From positions 1 to 18,971 of the IMG/VR virus record IMGVR_UViG_3300045988_051638: DNA of 18,971 nt. One strand, written 5' to 3'. This stretch comes from a virus. Position numbers and translations under genes: made by a program. A model generated the notes under the pieces. That model saw nothing but the letters and a program-made list of their open reading frames with translations. It was not told where the DNA came from and did no database searches. Shown piece by piece: positions 1 to 6,012 of the stretch (its first letter is position 1; each line of letters begins with the position of its first letter).

Positions 1-111
1 GTGGGAGGGGTGTGGGTTTGTGTGAAGATTTTCCCTTGTGGTTTTTTTTATTTGTGTATTATTTTTTTTTGTTCTGTGCCTTCATTGACGCTTTGTTTTG
101 TTTACGCCTCT

Positions 112-140
112 ATTATATTTTTTTTATCCTAACCTGTCAA
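112..140 (-). promoter_or_regulatory. Outward-facing consensus sigma70/SigA-type promoter in the left ITR (TTGACA-N17-TATAAT)
   Basis: On the minus strand, TTGACA = complement of 135..140, the spacer is exactly 17 nt, and TATAAT = complement of 112..117. Transcription would run toward position 1. Confidence 0.7.
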
Positions 141-172
141 GTTTTTTTATTTTGGGCGTGTCGTTTTTTTTA

Positions 173-201
173 TTGACACTGTGTCAATGGTTGTATATAC
201 A
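173..201 (+). promoter_or_regulatory. Inward-facing promoter in the left ITR
   Basis: TTGACA at 173..178, 17-nt spacer, TATACA at 196..201 (TATATA at 194..199 is an alternative). The -35 lies in the palindrome TTGACACTGTGTCAA (173..187) and the -10 in the palindrome GTTGTATATACAAC (191..204). It drives the 356..613 gene. Confidence 0.6.
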
Positions 202-217
202 ACAATCTATGTCCGGT

Positions 218-245
218 TAAGTTACGGTAACGTAACCGTAGCTTA
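218..245 (+). promoter_or_regulatory. 28-nt imperfect palindrome / leader hairpin inside the ITR (mirror copy at 18727..18754)
   Basis: TAAGTTACGGT-AACGTA-ACCGTAGCTTA forms an 11-bp stem with one G.U pair (218..228 pairs with 235..245) and a 6-nt loop. It lies in the predicted 5' leader of both terminal genes. Confidence 0.5.
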
Positions 246-355
246 CTGCTCGGCCGGTAACTGTCTTTTAATATTTTGCTTTGTTTTGTTTTGGGCGTGT
301 CGTCTGTTTGTTTGTGTTATGCTGTAGTTATCGAGTTCAAGGGAAAGGAAATAAA

Positions 356-613
356 ATGATTAACATTGACGCCTATGTTATTGAGTTCGAGCCTGACAAT
401 TCTTATAAGGTCATTATCAAAGGTGTATATGCCGGAATTGTCTCCGATAATGGTACAGTTGATGATAGTGTTGTCACGTTCGAGTCAGCACTCGCTACGA
501 TTGTCGAATGTTTCTTGAGCTACGATTACGACTATGTTGAGACTGCTCGCGGACTATCTCGTAAGCGGCGCCCGTGCCGCAAGTACACTGTTTCGATTGA
601 TAACGGCGACTGA
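356..613 (+). CDS. Hypothetical early protein, 85 aa; the only + strand gene
   Basis: ATG at 356 with AAGGAA (345..350) 5 nt upstream; stop TGA at 611..613 is followed by a terminator hairpin. The ORF-track version starting at 281 uses TTG and translates T/G-rich ITR sequence, so I trimmed it. No recognisable motif. Confidence 0.6.
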   Translation: MINIDAYVIEFEPDNSYKVIIKGVYAGIVSDNGTVDDSVVTFESALATIVECFLSYDYDYVETARGLSRKRRPCRKYTVSIDNGD

Positions 614-625
614 CAGATAATAAAT

Positions 626-653
626 AAGCCCCTAGGTGTAAACCTAGGGGCTT
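626..653. terminator. Bidirectional intrinsic terminator between the convergent 356..613 gene and the endolysin gene
   Basis: Perfect 12-bp stem AAGCCCCTAGGT / ACCTAGGGGCTT (626..637 pairs with 642..653) with loop GTAA. T-rich sequence follows on both strands (ttgcttatt on +, tatttattat on -). Confidence 0.85.
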
Positions 654-666
654 TGCTTATTCTCTG

Positions 667-1470
667 TCACTGTTTGTCAGATTTTTGCAGTCTGTCGATT
701 TTTTCGGTCAGCGCATCGATTTGCTTTTGCTGTTCTTTGATTGTTTTGGTGAGTTGTTTTATCATTCCGGGTATTTCAAAGCAAAGAGTGTTGTAAACGT
801 TGCCCCCCGGCGCGGTGTTTTTGAAGTCATATTGCATGATGCCGTCTCTAATGCGTATTGGCAGTTCATATGTAAGCAAGTTGTACATGTTGCCTCCCGG
901 TGTGGCATTTTTCCCGTCCGGCTTGTATGCCCAGTTCCAAACGTCATCCCCTGCGCTAGCCATTGTTATACCTCTTCCTATTATTCTGTTGGCTTTGTCG
1001 ATTACTTGCTGGTATGGCAGTCCGTTTGGTGCTAGGTCTGGACATGTGGCGTGGTCGGTGCCGCTGATTTCTCGATGCAACCATATATTGCCGCGTGTCC
1101 CGTCATGCCACAGCATTCCCAGTCCATAACGTTTCGCTATGTCGGCGCAGAGTCGAGCGCTTGCGTCGATGCATGCTTGAGTGCATTTTGCCTGCGGTAT
1201 GCCACCCTCATGTTCGATGCTGATTGTTGACATGTTCGATTCGTAGTTGGCGTCTGACCATGCTCCGTTAGTTTCGTCCACGTATTGGTGTATTTCACCG
1301 GTTGAACCGATACCGTAGTGTGCGCTCGACTGACTGGATGAACGTGAGAACACGCTATCGGTACCGGCTAGAAAACCGGCCATGATATGCAAGGTTATAT
1401 GTGTGACCTTGCGCCCGACTCGTCCACTGTAGTGGTTTGGTGAACCGATCCATTTCACGCCGTCCATCAT
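667..1470 (-). CDS. Endolysin, N-acetylmuramoyl-L-alanine amidase (Amidase_2/PGRP type) with an atypical C-terminal region
   Basis: Motifs HITLHIMAG, SAHYGIGSTGEIHQYV, ISIEHEG and WLHREISGTDHATCPD are typical of Amidase_2. The start overlaps the holin stop (ATGA). It is the last gene of the late operon. Confidence 0.88.
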   Translation of the reverse strand: MMDGVKWIGSPNHYSGRVGRKVTHITLHIMAGFLAGTDSVFSRSSSQSSAHYGIGSTGEIHQYVDETNGAWSDANYESNMSTISIEHEGGIPQAKCTQACIDASARLCADIAKRYGLGMLWHDGTRGNIWLHREISGTDHATCPDLAPNGLPYQQVIDKANRIIGRGITMASAGDDVWNWAYKPDGKNATPGGNMYNLLTYELPIRIRDGIMQYDFKNTAPGGNVYNTLCFEIPGMIKQLTKTIKEQQKQIDALTEKIDRLQKSDKQ

Positions 1471-1829
1471 CCCGCCTTATGCTTGCCATTGGTGGATTGA
1501 GCGAAAATCTGCATGAATGGTGCGTCTGCCAGTTCTGGATTGATTACTGTGATGTTTTCTAAAATCGAAGTAAGCTCGATTAAGCATATTCCGCCCACCG
1601 TGCAGACAAATACGGACACCGGCAGTCCTAAGTCAACATGTAGATTTATCTCGTCAATAAACCATGCTGTCAGCACGAGGATGAAGTAGGCGAACTTGTG
1701 GCCTAGCCCCTCCCGCATTTTTTTTGAGCTGAGATTATCCTGCATGATGGCTTTTGCCACGCCGGTTACGTAGTCGGTGGTGATGAAGAACGCGACTGCA
1801 ATGGTACACCATACGTCTGCTGTTGTCAT
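1467..1829 (-). CDS. Holin (phage holin family 4 / TIGR01593-like), 120 aa
   Basis: Three hydrophobic helices and the DYVTGVAKA motif characteristic of this holin family. RBS AGGAAGGAA lies 8 nt upstream, and the gene sits immediately upstream of the endolysin. Confidence 0.85.
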   Translation of the reverse strand: MTTADVWCTIAVAFFITTDYVTGVAKAIMQDNLSSKKMREGLGHKFAYFILVLTAWFIDEINLHVDLGLPVSVFVCTVGGICLIELTSILENITVINPELADAPFMQIFAQSTNGKHKAG

Positions 1830-1844
1830 TGTTGCTGTTCCTTC

Positions 1845-2912
1845 CTATTTTCCTAGCAGTTCTCCGATTATCAAGCCGAAGTCTGCTTTGACTTGTGAGT
1901 CATCGAATCTTATTTTACCAAGTCGATAGCCGGTTGTGAGTCGGCGTATTATATCATCTGACTTTTTGACGTACCACGTTCTTTCATCAACATGGCTAGG
2001 ATCGAGCGTATATGTCGGCCGGTTATTGTCTTTAGGAATACGCCGTGAAACATATTGTGAAACACGCCCGTCCGTATCCGAAACGGTTATCCAAATACCA
2101 AAACGCGCATAATCGGCAGTGTCCAGCACATATGACAGCTCGCCATCTTGTGGTATCTGCGCAATTAACGTGTCCGACTCGTCACGGAATTTGTTACGTA
2201 TCGCATAGTCGGCGTAGTCGCCATCATACTTTTCCAAGAATCTGCCGAACTTTGACTTTGCAACTTTTGCCGAGAAGCCGCCATAGTCGGCTAGTTCGAG
2301 ACAGATAAAGCCACCGCAATAGAGTTTGTATTGCTGTTGATTAGTTTGTTGTGCTCCAATGTCCAGCCGGTATTTTGCGAAATACGGATTGGCCTTTTGC
2401 ACAGCATTTGAAAGGAATAGTACTTTTGTTCTATCCTGCCATCGATCAACGGTATTGTAGAACTCGCTGAACGAGTTCACTTCATTGCTTAAAAACCGCA
2501 GATTGTCGGGGAAAATCTCGTCGAAAATAATCAAGTGTACTTTGGGATAGGCGACTGACTTGAGTCCGCCCGCTTGCGAGAGGGCCACAAAATAGCAGCA
2601 TGTCCGCCAATCCTTCTCATCCCACGACGTCTTATGAATCTGCCCCTTTTCACCGTTCACGCGAAACTCATAGGATGGGAAAAACTCCTGAATGTCCTTG
2701 AAAAAGGTCTCTTTGCGGTGCTGTTCCACGTCGGTTCGGCGCAAATAAACGAACTCATAACCGTGTTTGATATACTCTTTTATGCCGTATCGTTTGGCGG
2801 CGAACGTTTTACCGAGTCCGCGTGCGCCGATTATGAAATTCCACGGTGCGTTTCGCGTCAACAGATTGTGCAAGTCGTAATAATCGCTCTCGTCAAGCGT
2901 CTGCAATGTCAT
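1845..2912 (-). CDS. DNA encapsidation ATPase (phi29 gp16-like)
   Basis: Walker A GARGLGKT and Walker B HLIIFDE. NFIIGARGLGKTFAAKRYGIKEYIKHGYEFVYLRR aligns with recalled phi29 gp16 NFVIGARGIGKSYAMKVYPINRFIKYGEQFIYVRR. RBS AGGAGG is 9 nt upstream of the ATG. Confidence 0.92.
   Translation of the reverse strand: MTLQTLDESDYYDLHNLLTRNAPWNFIIGARGLGKTFAAKRYGIKEYIKHGYEFVYLRRTDVEQHRKETFFKDIQEFFPSYEFRVNGEKGQIHKTSWDEKDWRTCCYFVALSQAGGLKSVAYPKVHLIIFDEIFPDNLRFLSNEVNSFSEFYNTVDRWQDRTKVLFLSNAVQKANPYFAKYRLDIGAQQTNQQQYKLYCGGFICLELADYGGFSAKVAKSKFGRFLEKYDGDYADYAIRNKFRDESDTLIAQIPQDGELSYVLDTADYARFGIWITVSDTDGRVSQYVSRRIPKDNNRPTYTLDPSHVDERTWYVKKSDDIIRRLTTGYRLGKIRFDDSQVKADFGLIIGELLGK
1948..1956 (-). promoter_or_regulatory. 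Candidate extended -10 promoter TGATATAAT inside the 3' end of the ATPase gene, about 120 nt upstream of the holin start
   Basis: The complement of 1948..1956 reads TGATATAAT, identical to the 9-mer at 13193..13201. There is no -35 box. Confidence 0.35.
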
Positions 2913-2933
2913 GCTTGCAATCCTCCTAAACTA

Positions 2934-2969
2934 GTGGAGGGCGTGCGCCATGACTCGCACGCCCTCCAC
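2934..2969 (-). promoter_or_regulatory. GC-rich 14-bp hairpin immediately upstream of the ATPase RBS (attenuator, RNA stabiliser or processing site)
   Basis: GTGGAGGGCGTGCG (2934..2947) pairs perfectly with CGCACGCCCTCCAC (2956..2969) around an 8-nt loop. On the minus strand it is followed by UAGUUUAGGAGG and then the ATG at 2912. Confidence 0.6.
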
Positions 2970-3032
2970 CAACCTATCAACATGGCGGCTGTTTAAGGGG
3001 GAAAGGTCATCACATAACCACCGCCACTATTA

Positions 3033-3041
3033 AGTATATCA
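3033..3041 (-). promoter_or_regulatory. Candidate extended -10 promoter TGATATACT upstream of the ATPase-holin-lysin block
   Basis: The complement of 3033..3041 reads TGATATACT in the context GTGTGATATACT. It lies in the intergenic region just after the tail-lysin stop (3047). No -35 box. Confidence 0.4.
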
Positions 3042-3046
3042 CACTT

Positions 3047-4270
3047 TTAGAACGCGGGCGGATTAGACTTGCCATTCCAAACACTTAAAAGTGAATATGC
3101 CTGATTATACCGTGTCGTGTACGGCCCGAACGGGAACGTGGCTAGAATATTGCTTTTGAGTTGTGCGAGGTTCGACGCTTTCGGCACTTTCAGGGCGTTC
3201 GCGGGCGATTGGTGATATGCCGTCACCCACAAAATTTGCATTTTGACATCATCGTACTGTTTAGGATAGCTCACGTAGTCTTCCGCGAACTGTTTGCGTT
3301 GTCCGTCACGCGACTCATTCCGTCCCGCCCACACGCGGAATGCGGCCGCTTCCGCCGAGGTGAGCGAGCGTTTGAACGTGCCGCCTGACTCCATGAGTGC
3401 GGCGATCTCAGGTGCGGCGGTTTTAAACGTCGCGTATCCGGTTGGGTCGGCGGCTTTCATGGCGTTGAGCACCTGCAAGCGGCGCTCGAAACTCCATTGC
3501 GCAATTCCAATGCCTTGGAGGTTCGCAGCTTCGACTGCATCCCATCTAAGACCCGCTTCGACTGTGCCAATCACGTAGAGGGCGTACGAGTTCTCCGCTG
3601 ATAAAGAGACAGATGGGTGCGCCTGTCCGTTGTCGCTGGATGGCTGTGATTGTGACGCTTTTTCCGAAAAATTGTTGGCGGTGGTTTTGTAAAAGATGCG
3701 GACTCGCGTTCCGGTGTTGTCGGTTTCGTGTAAGTAGAGGTTGTCGCCTTGCCAATGTATCCAAGCGCCACCACGTGCGGAGTCGGCGGAACCGTGGCTA
3801 TTATCTCCGGTGGGGTTCTTCTCCGTCGAGGTTGTTCCACCCCCTTCGCCCAGTGCCTTCGGGTGCAGGTAGCCCAAGAAGGCGGTTAGATCGAACGTCA
3901 TGCGCTGTGCCGGATTAGGATTTTGAGACAGCACGGTGATGCGTCCGTTATGTACTCCATTCTCCATAACAATACTCACGTGTGATCCGGTATGTTGGCT
4001 GGAGAAATTCCAAAACGCCACGTCACCTTTGACTGGGCTGTAGTCGGCGGGTTTCTTCTCGAAAATCTGCGCTATTTTTGCGTTCGTGGGGAACCGCGTG
4101 TAGTTTCCTTCCGCGTATCCGGTTGGAGTGATGCAATCGCTTACGGACGCGCCGTATAAGTCCATACAATACTTGGCCCACAGGTCCCAGCACTGGGCGC
4201 CATATGCCCCGTCCATGTCCCAGAACCGGCCCTGTGTCTGTTTTATCCAATCATCAAAAGTAATAGCCAC
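3047..4270 (-). CDS. Tail-associated cell-wall hydrolase: N-terminal CHAP domain plus C-terminal lysozyme/lytic-transglycosylase-like domain (functional analogue of phi29 gp13)
   Basis: CHAP signature YGAQCWDLW (Cys), GSHVSIV (His) and LSQNPNP. The C-terminal TVEAG...GIGIAQWSF resembles the E...G-L-M-Q pattern of SLT-type enzymes. The start is GTG at 4270 with a poorly spaced GGTGGT, so the start is less certain. Confidence 0.8.
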   Translation of the reverse strand: MAITFDDWIKQTQGRFWDMDGAYGAQCWDLWAKYCMDLYGASVSDCITPTGYAEGNYTRFPTNAKIAQIFEKKPADYSPVKGDVAFWNFSSQHTGSHVSIVMENGVHNGRITVLSQNPNPAQRMTFDLTAFLGYLHPKALGEGGGTTSTEKNPTGDNSHGSADSARGGAWIHWQGDNLYLHETDNTGTRVRIFYKTTANNFSEKASQSQPSSDNGQAHPSVSLSAENSYALYVIGTVEAGLRWDAVEAANLQGIGIAQWSFERRLQVLNAMKAADPTGYATFKTAAPEIAALMESGGTFKRSLTSAEAAAFRVWAGRNESRDGQRKQFAEDYVSYPKQYDDVKMQILWVTAYHQSPANALKVPKASNLAQLKSNILATFPFGPYTTRYNQAYSLLSVWNGKSNPPAF

Positions 4271-4309
4271 ACCACCATTATAGGCGATATGGCTATCACT
4301 GGTAGGACG

Positions 4310-5821
4310 TCATCCCATGTGAGTCGCAAAACTCAGGTAGACTTCCGTGTCGTTTGGAATCGCAGTGGTGGAGCCAATTTTGCAAGCTCTAATTTCATTG
4401 TCATACGACAAATACAACAACTTGTTAAGACTGTTTGGTATAAAGTAGTTTCCGCCGCCGTTGCGGGCGGCGGCTGGTACTTGGAAGATGCTTGCATACG
4501 CGCCGGCATTTCCTACCACTTTGCCTTGGATGTGGCATGTTACCATGTCTCCATCAACATGGAATTTCGAGTGCGTGATTTCGCCGTGGGCGTCCTGTCC
4601 GGCAACGTAACCGTCCCACGAATTTCGGACGGTGGCGCCATCCATCGCTTCACAAATCAGCCTAAGCAGCACGTCGTTACCTTCGTCGTTCGGGTGCACG
4701 TCGTCGCCGGAACTCCAATCACGGCTTCCATTAAGCCACTCCCAGCCATATGGGATAACCTGCACGCGGCGCATGTTGCAAGCGGCGATAATCCTGTCAC
4801 GCGCACTAAGGACGCCACTGTTATAGATGCGCGGGGGGGTGAAACCGCAGATAGTCGGAATGGTTTGAATTTTCGCATGCGGGAAATTGGCGCGCGCATA
4901 ATCCAGCAGCGATAATACTGCGTTGGTGAGCAGTGAATCGGTCATAGAACCGTCCGACACATGAGTTTTGTCATTGATGCCGCCGGCGATGAGGATGCGC
5001 GTTACGGCGTCTTTGTTGCCGGTGAAACCCTTAAGTTGCTGCGCAAACGTGGTTGGTCCGTTGAGATATCCGGCATCATTTTTCGCAAGATTGGTAACAG
5101 TTGCGCCCCTATACTCGCCCAGTCGGTTGGCCCACGATTTTGACGTGGCCGAAGCTCCTGTGCCGTATGAAATACTGTCACCAATTACGATGATGTTCTC
5201 ATGAGCCAGTTCGGTAAGGATATTGACTCGTTTCACCACGTCCGCAACGTCGGCGCTTGCTTTGTCCCACTTGGTTTTTGCGGCGGCGGCGTGGTCGGTG
5301 GAATCCGTGCCCAGCGCGGAAAGAATGGCGCTGTTGTCATCTGCCTTGCTGTTTGCGGTGTCCGCTTTGCCGCTTGCGGTGTTCGCCTTGTTGATCGCGG
5401 TGTCCGCTTTGCCGATCGCGGATGTGGCATCAGTGCTTGCTTTGTCCCACTTTGTTTTATTTGCCGTGGCGTGAGCGGTGGTGTCCGCACCTAATGCAGT
5501 GAGGATTGAGGTGTTCGCATTGGCTTTACCGGTTGCGGTGGCGGCGTCGGCCATCGCCTCGATGGCGTCCGCACTCGCCTTATTCCACTTGGTCTTAGCT
5601 GTGGTGGCGGCGTCTACGGTATTGTCGCCAAGCAGTGCTTTGGCTACTTCTTCGTCGTGTGTTTCACGCGACTCCACGGCTTCGATGCGATTAAGATGCG
5701 TTCCCAAAGTCGTATCGATAGTGCGCATGGAGCCGTTATAGCCGTCCCTCAGGTCGGCGGGGTCATTGTCGCCATACAGGTTCAAGCCGTAATTGTCGGT
5801 TTTGGTGTATACGGTAGCCAT
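4310..5821 (-). CDS. Tail appendage/fibre protein with an SGNH (GDSL) esterase domain
   Basis: It has an N-terminal adaptor motif (YGLNLYGDNDPADLRDGYNGSMRTIDTTL) and an Ala/Thr/Lys-rich stalk with three KTKW[DN]KAS repeats. SGNH blocks are VIGDSISYG (block I), AGGINDK (block III) and DDVHPN (block V). A roughly 110-aa C-terminal domain follows. RBS AAGGA is 7 nt upstream. Confidence 0.82.
   Translation of the reverse strand: MATVYTKTDNYGLNLYGDNDPADLRDGYNGSMRTIDTTLGTHLNRIEAVESRETHDEEVAKALLGDNTVDAATTAKTKWNKASADAIEAMADAATATGKANANTSILTALGADTTAHATANKTKWDKASTDATSAIGKADTAINKANTASGKADTANSKADDNSAILSALGTDSTDHAAAAKTKWDKASADVADVVKRVNILTELAHENIIVIGDSISYGTGASATSKSWANRLGEYRGATVTNLAKNDAGYLNGPTTFAQQLKGFTGNKDAVTRILIAGGINDKTHVSDGSMTDSLLTNAVLSLLDYARANFPHAKIQTIPTICGFTPPRIYNSGVLSARDRIIAACNMRRVQVIPYGWEWLNGSRDWSSGDDVHPNDEGNDVLLRLICEAMDGATVRNSWDGYVAGQDAHGEITHSKFHVDGDMVTCHIQGKVVGNAGAYASIFQVPAAARNGGGNYFIPNSLNKLLYLSYDNEIRACKIGSTTAIPNDTEVYLSFATHMG
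5207..5614 (-). repeat. Intragenic imperfect tandem repeats in the fibre stalk
   Basis: Protein repeats are TTAKTKWNKASADA, TAHATANKTKWDKASTDA and TDHAAAAKTKWDKASADV, plus ILTALGADTTAHA / ILSALGTDSTDHA. On the + strand the DNA shows recurring gctttgtcccacttgg-like segments near 5260, 5440 and 5580. Confidence 0.75.
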
Positions 5822-5824
5822 TTA

Positions 5825-6007
5825 TCAATCCTTCTCTCGTATTTGAGTTTGCAATTGGGTGAGCGCTTGGTCAATCATGCGCATGGCGCGGTTATATCCA
5901 TCACGCATGTCCATAGATGTCGCGTCATTGTAAAGAGGTAGTCCCCAATGTCGCGTCACGTCGTATGCGGCGGAGTCTACGGGCGTGGTCTGCTGACTGT
6001 TTGACAT
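5825..6007 (-). CDS. Stand-alone fibre-adaptor-domain protein, 60 aa (63 aa if the TTG at 6016 is used)
   Basis: It contains WGLPLYNDATSMDMRDGYNRAMRMIDQAL, paralogous to the N-termini of the flanking genes. ATG at 6007 is preceded by GGGGGA 9 nt upstream. The ORF-track start at 6016 is TTG and overlaps the upstream stop. Confidence 0.55.
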   Translation of the reverse strand: MSNSQQTTPVDSAAYDVTRHWGLPLYNDATSMDMRDGYNRAMRMIDQALTQLQTQIREKD

Positions 6008-6012
6008 AACCG

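Larger units (their letters stand above)
1..359. repeat. Left inverted terminal repeat (ITR), 359 bp
   Basis: I reverse-complemented 18613..18971 block by block and it matches 1..359 with no mismatch. Identity stops at 360 (t) versus 18612 (t, complement a). A terminal protein and a protein-primed PolB are encoded in the window, so these are likely the true genome ends. Confidence 0.96.

Noticed and set aside
1-24. G-quadruplex at the extreme terminus (GTGGGAGGGGTGTGGG)
   Set aside because: There are only three G-runs of 3 or more (3..5, 7..10, 14..16). No fourth run lies nearby, so a canonical intramolecular G4 is not supported.
1-105. The outward ITR transcript as a phi29-like pRNA
   Set aside because: Its position and promoter orientation match the phi29 pRNA locus. 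However, the predicted RNA is overwhelmingly A+C and has only a weak 6-bp UGAAGG/UCUUCA pairing, so it cannot form the multi-helix pRNA fold. It is retained as an unexplained transcript, not as a pRNA.
281-355. N-terminal extension MFCFGRVVCLFVLCCSYRVQGKGNK on both terminal ORFs (281..613 and 18386..18691 in the ORF track)
   Set aside because: The extension starts at TTG with no RBS and merely translates T/G-rich ITR leader sequence. A canonical AAGGAA-N5-ATG lies at 356 (mirror 18616). The identical 'signal-peptide-like' sequence is a by-product of the repeat.
2768-2776. TGATATACT on the + strand inside the ATPase gene (a possible antisense promoter)
   Set aside because: It matches the extended -10 motif but points antisense into coding sequence with nothing to express. 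It is most simply a chance consequence of the codons for EYIK.
4289-4915. A + strand 208-aa ORF, and the other long + strand ORFs (10650..11366, 15847..16398, 16693..17217, 2574..2996)
   Set aside because: All lie antisense to minus-strand genes with motif or synteny support. They lack RBSs and have Arg/Cys/Val-rich shadow-ORF composition.
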